Part shown: in pieces, positions 49,473 through 62,669 of the stretch | How the letters are laid out: every line of letters starts with the position of its first letter | Numbering within the stretch: the stretch's first letter is position 1 | Assembly (NCBI GenBank): GCA_022813865.1 | Contig: JALDZX010000012.1 | Location: forward strand, 310,001-374,000 | From: Xylographa opegraphella | Taxonomy: Eukaryota | DNA: 64,000 nucleotides | Direction: 5' to 3' | Program-made: the position numbers and the translations under genes | Notes under the pieces: model-generated | Databases searched by the model: none | The model's input: only the letters and a program-made list of their open reading frames with translations | What the model was told of the DNA's origin: nothing

Positions 49473-51840
49473 TTATTGTACTCTTTCAATTGACAAGTTC
49501 AACGCAATCCGATCGAAGAAGCCACAAAACATAACATCGGACATTTTCGACGTCCATAAGAATCGGGATTTTAGTTGGTAATCACAATCGCTCCAGTCGT
49601 CCAGACCCATAGCAATTATGACTTTGGCGATGCGCACGGCGAACCAATCCTTTTCTTTCTCTGTCAGTGCCAGAATTGCCCCCATGCAGTAGATCCACAG
49701 TACAGCTCCCGATAAGATGTCATCCTCAGATGCGACTTCCAACTCTGCTTGTTCCTTGCGGCTAAGGACGTCTGTCAACGATTGCTTGAGAGCCATAAGA
49801 AGCGGGAACTTGGGAGTAAAGCCGCGGAAAACGTAGTTGGAGTAAATGAGAGCGGCCAGTCGATTTGGCTCGTAAACACAATGGCTCTCTCTTATCCCGT
49901 GGTAGGGACACTGCTTTGGCAAACAGAGTAAAGAGTGCTCAATACGCGACCGGAGGCTTTCAAACGCAACCATTTGGTCCAAGGTGAAGCGGTTGACCGT
50001 CTGGAGTACAGTACTAATGTTGTAAAGATCTTGAAAGATGTTCACAAAGTCATCATGATATCCACCACAGATCGCAAGACCAGGGATGTCTCTCGCCTTA
50101 TCGCTAGGTTTTGGTTTCGGATTTGTGCCACCTTCTTTTCGGAATTGGCGCGTGTGTGAAACGAGTTTTCTGTATTTGGTAGGCTCGAAGCGTGGCTTTG
50201 TCCCCATCATTGTTGCTGCGAGTATATCCTGACTGTTCCACTATCAGCAAGCATGAGTGAGCAACAATATAAGACCTTTCAAAGCATACCAGAAGACCGT
50301 TGTGTGGAGGATACCGCCATTTCCCAAATTTTCCGACCCGCCCCGCATGCCCACCAGTTTCTCGAGCGCATCCAAGTGGACTTTCAGCACATCGACATTT
50401 CCGCATATATTCTGATATCGCCATCATATATTAGGACTAATGAAACTTCCTTTAAAGCTTCGCAAAACAAATTTGGATAGCACTTACTTCCATGCCAGCC
50501 AACAATGCGACAGCCGCTATGCTTGTATCTGACATACGCTTCTTGGGACAACCCAATTCTTGGGACAACCCAATTCTTGGGACAACCCAATTCTTGGGAC
50601 AACCCAATTCTTGGTTGACCAAGCGGATGGCTTCTCCTCTATAGAGAAGCGACATCCGACTGCTTCCCCGCCCATTCATGGCGTCTATATGGGACGCAGC
50701 GATAGCGAGAGTAGCGTAGTATAACGCTGGATCGTTCAAACAATTCGGAAAGAATGAATCGGACAATGGATATTTGTTTTGAACAACGATGATAGGACTG
50801 AAGGATGGGCAAAGTATTGAAGTGACTAAAAGAGGCAAACGTCAGCTAAAACCACGTCTCGATTTCAAAATCGCCCACAACTCTCCGAGGCATGGACAAC
50901 GAGAGATGCCTGCCGAGGACATTGCTAATCTCGTCAAACGCTAAATAATCTGGGTGTTGTGATGAACATCGAGGAGATCTCGAAGGAGAACACTAGACCA
51001 TGTCAGATCTAAGACGGACCAATGCAGCTGGAATGGCCGAAGCGAGCAAAGCCATTATCCGGAATGGCAAGAAGAGCCGTAATGATATGTGCATGCATAC
51101 GATCCCAACTGTGAATAACAGATGATGGGTATATTGAAAATGCCAAGTGTTGGTACAGTCGAATTGCGACTGACCATAAACTTCAGACAAAGGTAATAAT
51201 CGCACCTACAATGATGAAGAAGGCTTTGACTTTGTGGTGATGTGTCACCTAGATTTGCTCCGAATGGGTCAACTATACCGGCTCCACAGTACATCTCTGG
51301 ATCGTCTTCAATGCATGGCTCCCGGAAGCACCGATTGTCATTATTGAATTTCTTCTCCCATCCTTCATAGCACTCTGGTGATGAGGGGTTCGAGTACTCA
51401 ATGTATGCTTCTGGATTCCGGAATGACAGTTCTGGTGTGTCGGATCGGATACGTGTTTGCTGCGTCCTTCGATCGAGGATGATGTCCTTCCATGATCGGC
51501 AGCTGCCGGTACTGATGGAGCCATCATCACAGGACGATTCTTCAGAGACAATTCCGTCGTCCTCGGGCACCTTGGTGATCCAAAATATGGATAAAGAACG
51601 CTTCTTGACTTTTGGGAGTGCTCCTGTCTTCCTAGAAGACGCCATTCTGTTCGACCTTTGCATCCGTGCGTGATCACGTGCTGCATTCTCCCGAACAATC
51701 CGTCGAAAGTTAGCATCCCGAGTCTGGGTCGGTTTAGTAATGTTCATAAATTGCCAATTCGCTTGAGACTCTTGACACGTCGACAATTCCGGACTGGACG
51801 AAGGCAACCCCATGCTTCTGTGTTCTGCTGAAAGCTGCAT
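49473..51840 (-). CDS. Fungal-specific transcription-factor-domain protein (Fungal_trans_2/DUF3468-like)
   Basis: WQFMN...RRIVRENAARD, VDPFG, DPALYYATLAIAASH, YRGEAIRLVNQEL, SDTSIAAV, HAGRVEK-type helix region, YEPNRLAALIY, LWIYCMGAI; multi-exon; no Zn2Cys6 motif seen. Confidence 0.72.
50540..50614. repeat. Perfect 17-bp tandem repeat (4.4 copies) inside a coding exon
   Basis: (TTCTTGGGACAACCCAA)x4 + TTCTTGG. Confidence 0.95.
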
Positions 51841-54491
51841 CTGGCATGCTGTAGGCTCTCTTATGTCGAGTATTCACATCGAACTAACATCCAGTGGAAG
51901 ATGATCGCCTGGTCGGGCTGCTAGATAGGAATGGAAGGCGAACATGTGTCCAATAATGGAGAGTAATTCAGTTAATAAAGCCTATATGCTTAAGAAATTC
52001 AATCATCCAAAGCCTTCTCTGGTAATGTGCCACCCGGAGTAAGCAGATGGTCGAGCCACACAGCTATTGGAAGCTTCACCGCATATCCATATTAAGAAGC
52101 ATGCAGCAAATAAGCCGCAACTACAAGTGTAGTGAGCAGCCATAACTCCAAATGATAACGCGACAGACGCCTTCACTAGTCTGGAGACTATCGAGCAAGT
52201 TGTGTCAGCCTCCTGACACTTGGAGCTTCGGAGCACCCGTCAACGAATGTCAGACGAAGCTCCTATGGGCCGGGAGATGGCGCGGGAGCTGGCGCCCGAA
52301 CGTAAACCTTGAGGTCAACGAGTGTCATCACGTGCTCGAGCCATCTAACCTCTTTGGTTAAGAGGTGGTTAACGTCAGACAGGTAGTTCAGCGTGTCAGA
52401 ACGATGGCACTTCCGTTCCTAGTTTTATGTGCAGAGGCTACCTACGCAAAGACAGTCTATTCAGCGTTCTAAATGGAATATCCTACGGTAGGACAAGACT
52501 TGGTATTGTGTAAGACCGTAGTTCGCTAACCTTCAGCCACCTTACACGACGTGTGGACCCCACAGCCCTGAAGAATACCTTTAGGACCCGAGTTGTTGAA
52601 ATACATAATGAACCGCGAACACAGGGATAGTCGTGCCTAAAAGATCTTCGTGACATGATTGCACTCGTTGACTCAAGCATGGCGTGAAGACTTCAATACA
52701 ATAGAGGAATGACTGAGTACTGCTGTATTATCAGTGGTAGTTATTCACATATGAGCGTTCAATATTCGAGATTGAAAGCTTACTTTACGAGGCTATGTTT
52801 TGAAAGGTTCAGTTGCCTTTTATTTTGAGCGAAATGCCACACCTGTTGTCAGCAGTCCGTTGTTCCTTCGAGGAGGACATGGATTTCACTAAACCTACAT
52901 GAATATTCCGCATTTCGACACCATTTAATTGGCCTCGGATCAGCTCCGTTGCATGTCCTTTGGAGTCTCAGTGACATACCAACCGTATACATATTACAGG
53001 AGCACACATGTGACTTTTATGTCACTATTGACTATCTTCGGGTACTCTGACTGTTCTGACATGCCTGGCGCTTAGATTTGGTACATGGCCTAAAATGCAG
53101 TTGATACATGAGACAGCCAGATATCTGACTAGTCGCCTGCATGGATTGGAACCTTGGACGATGTGGTGTACATCATGTCCACTATCATGAAACTGCTACG
53201 GCCGTATCATGTAACTTGGTCCCTCGGAGTCACGGCTACACCTGCCAATGTCGTTGAAGTTTGCCAAATCGGGTCGGTATGCACTATGCAACTACTACAG
53301 AATTCAACCATCTACTACGCGTACTCAGCAGCGAATGAGCCCAAGGACCTAATCTCGAGCCAGCACCGAACTCCCTGGCCTTGTCTGTCGCCTTTGATAA
53401 GGTTCGCTGTATTCAGGTGGTGGAGAATGAAGGCCCTGCAGCCTTACACATGGAATGACGTTGTAATGATCACTGGACGTGGACGTGGACGTTGGCGTTG
53501 TTGCTGAAAGGTATCTCTGCCCAGAATAATGGCGTCCTGGACCAGAATATCATTCCCACAGCTTGCCAAATTTCCCGCGTGGGCGTGCACAACCTCTCAG
53601 CCCAAAAATTCTCAAATTCAATCCTCAGTCACTTTAGGGACTGGAAACTCTTGACGCTTAGCCCTAGGATAGCTCTGATTGGAAGATAGTAGGTCGGCTC
53701 ATAGTACTGTATTGCGGGCCGTAAGCGCAGAGATTCCTGATGTTTACCGCAATTGATGAGGCAGCAATAGTACGTACCATCTGGAGAAATCTGACCATCA
53801 AGATTAGAAGTCATCTGGGACAGATCAGCGTTGCAAGACGCCGAGGCGTGTCCATTACAGTGCTTTATGGCTACTGGTGGAGCGGTGACTTACTGGTTGC
53901 CATTACCATAAGCGGCTGTGACTACCGCTTAATGATTATTCATGCTGTGAATGAGCATCAGGACAATCACAATTTTCCTCCATACAACTGTATTTATGTC
54001 CTCGAGCTGATCCCAGGATGGCACGTCGTGATATACAGCAACGTTTATCCAGTTAGTTAATCTAAAGTGGTAACCATTTCAAAGCCATCCACATATCAAT
54101 TCAGATATCCCTCTGCTCCATTGGGACTAGTCAGAATGAGTTGTATCCCGGTCGTGTCATGACCGAGGGAGTCGAAAGAAGAGTATCTATCTTGTATACC
54201 CTGCAGCGGGTTTCGTGGAGATGTCGTCCTCGCAAAACAGGGAGCTTTCGGGCTGGACCCAGAAGCGTTCGTCTCGGCCAGACCAGAGGCTGGGGACTGT
54301 CGCAGGAAACAGTTGGGCTTTTTTATCCATCTTTAATAATCGGCTTACCAAATGTTTGTCGAAGAAGTTTGTAAATGTGGCCGATTATTGAAAACCCATT
54401 CACGAATTGACGAGTGCAGTCTTTGAGAATGATGAGATTTCAACTCGGCTTTTAGATATTGTAGACCGCACCTTCATTATCAGCTATTCGA

Positions 54492-55343
54492 TCACAGTTC
54501 ACATTCTTTCCAAGTGCCTCGCGTATTGAGACTCCTGTAAAAATCTTTCCACCCATAACCTTGCTTCCAACCCTCTTCTTTGTTCATCCTTTCTTCTCTT
54601 ATCCGCCAGAAAAGGCTCCCGTCGTAGCATTGCCGCAAGTCATCCTTCCACACCCGCCCCTCCCTCTGGAGTAGTAGCCACGTTGTCCACCATTCCATAA
54701 ACGCAAAGCTCCAGCCAGCTGGATCCGCAGCCACCCGATCTTTCTTGAGCAGCGAGAACAGCTCACTCACGCTCAGGCTTCCCGTGCCGCTTCCGTCAAA
54801 CTTGTCGAAGAGTTCGTCATACAGATGCGGTCGAAGATGGCCATCCGAGTCGTAGATGCCGGTGTCGGAGCCGTGTTTGGCTTTGTGGATACTGTCGACG
54901 TAAATCCGAAAGAACGGATCTGGCAGGTAGCTATGAGCGAGTCGTGTCGGATAGGAGAAAAAGATGTTGATCAGAAGACCGCCGAGTGAGAAGATCGTTG
55001 AGAAACCAAGCTCGCGAAAGCCACTGTAGACGTCGTACGGAGTGATTATACTGTCGTTGTTACGATCCCAAAAGAGGACATGCTGTTGAAGAGCGGTAGG
55101 GGTCTTGGAAATCGATGCGTTTGCAATAGGCTTCACCCGACTGCTACCATCTGGAGACCCATCATCAGATAGAGTGTGTGCTATTTTGATTGGTTCAGAC
55201 GAAGCATGCTGCAAAGGGTTGCTGTCTTCTTGATATTCTTGTTCGCGCGAGGTGACAGTATTCTGAAGTACGGCTTGTTCTGTTGAGCTCACAACCACCA
55301 GAGGCACGAAGCCGAGAAGAACCAAAGCAGTGGTCCAAATCAT
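54492..55343 (-). CDS. Caleosin/peroxygenase
   Basis: LQQHVLFWDRNNDSII (His + EF-hand), proline knot YPT...LPDPFF, IHKAKHGSDTG, FAFMEW, YDGSLF; intronless. Confidence 0.92.
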   Translation of the reverse strand: MIWTTALVLLGFVPLVVVSSTEQAVLQNTVTSREQEYQEDSNPLQHASSEPIKIAHTLSDDGSPDGSSRVKPIANASISKTPTALQQHVLFWDRNNDSIITPYDVYSGFRELGFSTIFSLGGLLINIFFSYPTRLAHSYLPDPFFRIYVDSIHKAKHGSDTGIYDSDGHLRPHLYDELFDKFDGSGTGSLSVSELFSLLKKDRVAADPAGWSFAFMEWWTTWLLLQREGRVWKDDLRQCYDGSLFWRIREERMNKEEGWKQGYGWKDFYRSLNTRGTWKECEL

Positions 55344-55731
55344 AACGAGTGGTCTAGCAACTGTGCGATTGAGCTATGTTCAAACCATTGTTGTTCAATT
55401 CAAAGTGCTGCCAGTGCATGATGCAGGCACGTCATAGTAAATAGTGGTGATGTTAACATGATGCCAATCTCACAAGCACATGCCAAAGCACATGCGAATC
55501 AGTGTCAACACCATTATCCGTCAGATGAAATTGTCGCTCACAGCCAAATCGAAAGTATCTTTTATTCAACTCATATGAGAACTCACATCGGACAAGTGTC
55601 ATAAATGAAGATTTCGAGAATGAGGAAATACCGTTGCCTGGACGACAGGCAGCCATCCGATGCCATCCGTGGTCTTCAATCTTCAGAGCATCAACTACAG
55701 TTATGATTCGATGCCGTCTACTTGAACAACA

Positions 55732-56906
55732 ATGGATCACATCAACTCAGCATCTGATCACTTCACCCCATCCCCGTCTGGGAACTCTTCTACTCAGGAC
55801 GTTGGTGCCAAGTACGAGATTCCCGCACCGCAGGATTTCACCTCTGTCGAAGCCTTGAAAGATCGCGTCAGGCACCATTATGAGCTTTGCTCGGACTATT
55901 ACTATTCGCTCTGGTAGCTACTCCATGGGACCGACCTCGTTCTACAGCAAAATGACCGCCTGCTAATGAGCAGGGGCGAGCATATCCACCATGGCTATTT
56001 CCTAGAGCCCACCGATAGCAAGGAGACGGCGCAAACCCGCCTGATAGACTTGCTGCTTGAACGGTCCGGCTTGCCTGTCAGGAGTGTGGTCCTTGATGTC
56101 GGCTGCGGGATTGGCGGCACGACACGATATCTGGCCAAGAATCATGGATGTAGGGTGACCGGTCTCACGATCAGTGGTAGACAAGTTGAGTTGGCAAGAA
56201 ATTTGACCGCGAAAGAGGCTGGCACCGGCTCTGAGCAAGATCATGCGAGCGAATTCACGCGTTTGGGCGACGGAGAAGCCCGATTCGTCGAGCTGGACGC
56301 CGAGAAAATGGGTGTATACTTCAATACTGTGCCGAACAAAGCAACATTTGATTGTGTTTGGATATCAGAGGCAATGAGTCATCTGCCAGACAAAAGGCTG
56401 TTTTTCCAGAACGCCTCGAAACTGTTGAAGCCGGGGGGAAAGCTTGTGGTGGCGGACTGGTTCAAGGCGGAGGGATTGACCGCCACAGAGATAAAGGCCG
56501 ACATAAAGCCCATTGAAGGTCAGTCCTATCCCAAGTGGTGTCGGCATGGGTGGCTGAGTCTGCTTCCAGATGGCATGCTGCTTCCACCTCTCTGCGAACC
56601 GTCGGAATACCTCGCTCTAGCAGGAGACGCCGGTCTCACCATCTTCTCCGCGCCGTTCGATATCAGCAAAGAGGTATCGAAAACATGGTCAGTCGGCCCT
56701 CATCACTACGAAGCGCATCTGAAGACTCATGAATATTTGTAACGTCTAGGGACATTTCGTGGTCACTCGTCCAATCGCCCGCGCTGTGGGCATTTGCTCT
56801 TTCGCTAGGCCGCGATGGAATCGCCTTTCTACAGAGCTTCCGAGCCATGAGGCGGGGATATGCGAATGGCACGTTCCGTTACGCGGTAATGGTTTTTGGA
56901 AAGTGA
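55732..56906 (+). CDS. SAM-dependent methyltransferase (gamma-tocopherol/sterol methyltransferase-like)
   Basis: HYELCSDYYYSLW|GEHIHHGYF, VLDVGCGIGG, FDCVWISEAMSH, LKPGGKLVVADW; three introns; last exon ends YAVMVFGK*. Confidence 0.88.
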
Positions 56907-58824
56907 TCTGCGTCCTATCCCATGGAAATGCTACTCTGGCGCGCACCCTTGGTTGTGTGCGTGCTCATTTTACTAGTTGTAGCTACATACTGATTACTTA
57001 CCACGTTAAAAAGCCTGTCATTGTTCTCGGAATTATATTGGAATTCGTGTCTCGATGCCTTGAGGGACGTTATGAAGCGGTGCTTAAATCCCCGGTGTCA
57101 AGGCAACTCATTCGCTGTACTCGTATCACCAATTCACTCCACCTCGATGCCTTGAGGGCCGATCCCTCAGTCACGTTTTGGTAGCCATGAGCTCAGTGAG
57201 TGAGGCAAGCGTACTCCATGTGCGAACAGAGGTGGAAACTGAAGGTAATGGGACCGTAACGCCTTTACAACGTATCCGTCTGTTCCCGAGCCGGTGCAAA
57301 TATTCAGTTAGATGATGATGGTCCGAGGCACGCAATTGGGCATCACACGATATTCGCGTCGAGGGTGAAACATTGTGTCAAATGGATGACAAGGTTTCTA
57401 CTCACCGCTGACGCTCAGCGTTTCAGGCCGTTTGTGGAACATGCGTTTCTGTAATATGCATGTTGAGTTTGCGTGAGCTCCAACCCTGTGAATTGGTGGT
57501 GGTTCGAGGAGATGGCATCTCGGCCAGTGATACAGGGATCTCGACGCCCAACCAATCATGACGCATGAATCATGCCGGGACGACCGCACCTGTGGCACCG
57601 GAGGCACAAAAGCCCAATTGGCGATGACGATTGCGGTAGCGTTTCTGATTGGGACAACTTATCACGTTACTAAGCAGAAAAACCTTTTATAAAATTCATG
57701 GCCAACTTCCAAGTCTTACGGGCCAGGCTGGGCATTGAGCAGTATTCCGTAGAACTAAGGTAGTATTATTATATTGCGCAGCACGGCAAGATGTGGCAGT
57801 GACGGTGTGCCCAGGTGGTGCCTTACGTCCTGTGCAGGCTTGGCGCTGCGGCCAAGCCAATGTTGTTAACTTGATTGGGCGCGACTTGGATTGCTTGGCT
57901 GGCTGCTGCACCGGTCGGAGATGACAATTGGGCCAAGCGCCATATTGCCGTGCCGGAGGTAAGGTTAAGTTACAGGATCAGTTTGCGCCGAGAGCATCTT
58001 TTCCAAGGTGACGGCACTTTTGGTCAGTCGAATCTGCCCAAACCGGATCTGTCGGACTTTTTCACTACGTACTTGTCACCCAAGGGTCGTGGTGGCGTGT
58101 AGTCTTGTGTGAAGATGGATCTGGGCAGAGCATACGTACTGCGGAGTTCTGTTAGAATCCGCATCTGTAGAGGTGACTGTGCAGGAAGAATCACGATAAT
58201 CACCGACATCCACGAATGTTGTAGCCAGCGCAACGTTGTAATAAGCAATCAGTATTCGCGCTCATGCTCCATCGTGCGGGCTCTAAGCTAAGTCCCCGAA
58301 TCGGACAAGCGCCGCAAATTAAGCGTGCGTCCTCCATTTTTCTGTCTCGGGCCTGCGTCGTCGATGATCTAACGCTCGTCCTTGGCCGACACAACCACCA
58401 CTGATCCACTCGTTTGACTTCTTGATCTTGTCTCTTTTGTCCAGCAGTGCCAACTCAATCTTTTGATTCCCCATCATTGCCGTGATATTGGCCGTGCTGG
58501 AAGTGTTGATGATGGTAGCTTCACTCGTTATCACTGACAGCTGTGACCAGCTCCACTCTCGCCCCTAAAAATCGTCCTCGACTACCGGACCGTCGAACGC
58601 GACAATTCCACTGCGTATAAGCTTTTCACTCGCTCTGAACTCAACGGTTAACCTCTCAGCCATCGTTAGAGGCTCTCGACACGTCAGTCCCTCATATGAT
58701 CTCGAGTGGCTGGTGATCTTACGCCAAGGATATTCCGCCAAACGAAACATTATCTGCGAGCAATAAAACCCGTCTGACTTCCTTCACCCAAAGCCCGGAC
58801 GTACTTGTGGACACCGGCTTCAAG

Positions 58825-61692
58825 ATGAACGTGCTGCGGGTTTCCAAGTGCAATGCCTCGTGCATCGGCATTCTGCCAGTTCTGCTTTCCTTGCTACTCC
58901 TCATACCTTCCGCCATAGCCGCAAACATTACCTATGTCACCACAATCGATGCTCAAGGCAAGACCGTCTACCTTCCGGAGAATCGACAGCCTGCATTGTA
59001 TACGCAGAACTTTGGGGATTGCTTGGGCGGATCTCTGCTGGATATCTCGCGCTTTGATGCTGCATATTATCAAGATAACATGACGGTCATTTTCCATCTT
59101 CAGGGCTCCACGCAACTGACGAACGCGAGTGTTATGAGTAGGTTGTGAGGACCCGGCTCCGCTGCTGTCTGCTGACATTATCAAAGTGTACATTGCGGTT
59201 TATGCATACGGGGAGAGTCGCTTCGATCTTACATTCGATCCATGCAACGCAAACATCTTCAGGTAACTCAACCAAAACTCATTTTCTTGCTGAACGGACC
59301 CCTGACACACATTTTATCTAGTCTCTGTCCCACGAATGCAAGCGTACCTATCCTGGCCAGTGGAATCATTCCTGTATCCGAATCGGATGTTGCTGGTATT
59401 CCTCCGATAGCGCTCAGCATCCCAGATTTCGAAGGCCAGGCGATCCTGCGAGTCTTCGACAACGCAACGGAGTCCGAAATTGGATGTTTCTCTGCTGTTG
59501 TTACAAACGGAAACTCTTTCTCTCAACCGGCATCGGTCGGGACGGTTCTGGGTATATTCGCTCTGGTCGCCCTTATATCTTCGTTTGTGACCGCGGTATA
59601 TGGGGAACATGTCCCGACCATGCGGACCCACTATGCACATTCACTCTCGATATTCGTGGTCTTCGCTGTCTTCCACCACATCTTTTTCACTGGAGCACTT
59701 TCAATGAACTGGCCGAGTGTGCTGCCCGCATGGTGGAGTAACTTCGCTTGGAGTGCTGGAATGATCTACTCCCAAAGTATGCAAAGCAGCATCAATAGGC
59801 TCATCGGCAGCAACGGAGGCAATACAAGCTTCGTAGGAGCAGACAGTCTGGGATCATCGTCCGACCAAACGGGTGGTGGATATTCCATTGCCTCGATATA
59901 CAGACGTTCGTCCAACGCTCTCTTTGGCCGAGAGCCAGGCTATCTTCGCGATGTCCTTTCAGCACGCGACTTGGAATCCACGCTGGTCAAACGACAAGGC
60001 CTGGAAAACTCCACCACAGGCTTCAACTGGTATGGTTATCCGGTTTCACCCGGCCTGCCACTTCCAGGTAATTTCTCTGGTTTCGCGGGCACATTGGCTG
60101 ATGAGGGAATCCCTGCCTCGAACGCATTCATGACTGGATTTCTCTGGTTGTTGATCCTGATCGTATTGGTAGCTGCGGCCGTTGTGCTGTTCAAGTGGAC
60201 CATGGAGGGCCTAAGTATGGTCAAACTCGTGAAGCCGGATCGGTTGGCTTTCTTCCGTGCCCATTGGCTTGGTTATACTGCTATGGCAGTCCTTCGAATT
60301 ATATTCATCGCCTTCTTTATGATCATGTTCCTGACCCTGTTCCAATTTGTTTACAAAGGATCGGGAGGAGTTACCGCTATTGCAGCAATTGTCTTCCTGA
60401 TATTTTTTGTTGGCATGCTCGGCATAGCTGGCTATGCGTGTTATTACCGCGTTCGTTTTGGGAAATACTCGACCTCTGCCGATCGCCTCCATCTGGAACG
60501 TACGAAGGCTCTCGGGTTTATGCCGTGGTATGGCTTTAGTCGGGAAAGCCGGAGATCTGAGAAGATTGGTCCCAAACCATCCGCTGGTTCATTACCTTGG
60601 TGGAGAATAACGTATGACGACCACGATCCCGAGAGGAGAGAAGTTCACGGAGATGAAGACTACATCAAGAAATTTGGTTGGCTCTCCGCACGATTTCGCC
60701 GCACTAAGTGGTGGTTCTTTTCGGTCTGGCTTATCTACGAATTTATTCGTGCTTGCTTCTACGGTGCTGCAGCAGGACAACCACTGGTCCAAGTCTTTGG
60801 GCTCCTGATCGTCGAGTTCATAGCCTTCGTGACAGTCATCTTCGTGCGACCGTTTGAAGGAGCCCGTCTGAACACCCTGATGGTGTACGTTCTCGGATTC
60901 TCAAAGGTTTCAACAGTCGCTCTCAGCGCCGCTTTTGATTCCCATTTCGACCTCCCTCGTATCACCACGACAGCAATTGGAATCGTTATAATTGTTATCC
61001 AGGGAATACTGACCATTCTCCTGATGATAGCCATCACTATTGGAGCCATCTCTTCGTATATGTCTCTGACACGTAACCGTGAGCGCTTCTCCCCACAATC
61101 ATGGACATCGATGCGAGGCAAATATTTCAAGCATATTGACCGGACTGCTACCGATCGTCCGGCTCCACCCCCTCCGCCACCTGAAGAGCCCAAGCCTCCA
61201 TATTTCAACGTGGGCTCGGTTCGTCGAGTTGCTAAGATCGAAGACGAGGACGAAGATCAATCGGGGGACAAGTTTGATCCTTTTGGCTCACACGCTTCCA
61301 TCGCTCCGAGTGCCACGCCTGGGACCACAACCAACCGTGCTAGCCGCGCAGGCAGTATGCGTTCTAACATGTCGCACAGCAATCTGCCCTTCGGTGCTCG
61401 GCCTCACAGGACGAGTTGGAGCAGTCGAGACTTCGCTACCTGGAATGAGGCTGGTATGAGACGCTCGAGTGTCATGAGCAGGGACGGCGTGCAAAACATG
61501 CGGAGTGATCCGAGCTTGCGCGAATCATACGGCGTTCAACCACGATCGAGAGCCCCAAGCCGTGGCAACACATTTCCATTAGAAGTAATCAAGCCACGAG
61601 GCAACGGAAAGGAACGGGAACGAGAGCCTGCAGTGGATGAGGAGGCCGGCCCATCCCAGGCAGCTGATATCGGACTGGCCTCGACAACTTAG
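58825..61692 (+). CDS. TRP-like / flavin carrier (FLC family) membrane protein with N-terminal ML-like domain
   Basis: Signal peptide, PALYTQNFGDC, RFDAAYY.DN, LSIPDFEG, GALSMNWP..L.AWWSNFAWSAG, multiple transmembrane helices, KFGWL.ARFRR.KWWF; two introns. Confidence 0.88.
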
Positions 61693-62669
61693 ACGCAACT
61701 GCCGTTCACATTACGAATCACGAATATGTCGAATGACGGATAGAATAAGCGTAAATACTAATACTACACCAGCCGACGATTCGGCGTCATGGTTGGGAGA
61801 GCGTGCCCGAGTGTTTTGGCGCTGGTCGAACGGCTCGACCTCGAAGTACTCTGGGTCGCTATTCTGGCTTGGCCGTGTTCGTGGTTGAGCACCAAGCGGT
61901 ACACATGGACTTTGTCTGTCCGGTAATACATTTCTCGCTCTTACGAGCCAATTTCTGCATTTGCATCCGCATCAAAGCATGGCGCTAGTCACGGTGTTTT
62001 CTTTCCTTACCTTATCGTCCATGGCCGAGGAGGGGATGATGCCCTTCTCACCGTGTCCGGTCCCAGCATGGGTCGGCGCGCCTTCGTTCTTAGAGCCTGC
62101 ATGTGCATATGGGGTACTTTCATCCCCGGGCTTCATCCATAGAATGTATCGTCTTCCGTTGACCAAATTCCAGTCTGCACCAGACACACACACTTGGCAT
62201 CGTGATGTTGCACGTTTCGTAGATCGTTATAATTGACAGTCTATATGTATATGCGCAGCACAAACCTGGTCGTCGATTACCCCTACGCCCGCCGTGCGGA
62301 CAAATAAAGTAAAAATCGGGGGTCCCCCTTTTTCGCTGCGAGGAGCGACGGAAAAATTTCCCCACACATTTCCCCCCTTGGTCCCGTTCTATGATCCCAC
62401 ACATCCCCACAAATAATGCCAATCGAGTGTTCGAAACGCAAACAGGCGGAAGGGAAAGAGATCTATCGAAGCGAGCCACGGCAGGGAAGGGGCACGAGTT
62501 CGTTGAGAAATCAACCTTCAGCAGCCAAAAAAGACAGAAGCATAGGAAAAAGAGAAAAAGGAAAATATGCATGGCGGCCGCCTTCCCCCTCCCATCTACG
62601 AAGCCCGGAGCGCCAGCTCTCGCTCCCTACCTCCCCCACCAAATTACATCCACCTCACCCAGTTCGACT

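Noticed and set aside
50540..50614. CRISPR-like palindromic repeats
   Set aside because: Direct tandem copies with no spacers, inside a eukaryotic coding exon.
52000..54400. Long gene-free stretch as a possible transposon relic
   Set aside because: No terminal repeats, transposase or RT motifs, or strongly AT-rich RIP-like signature visible.
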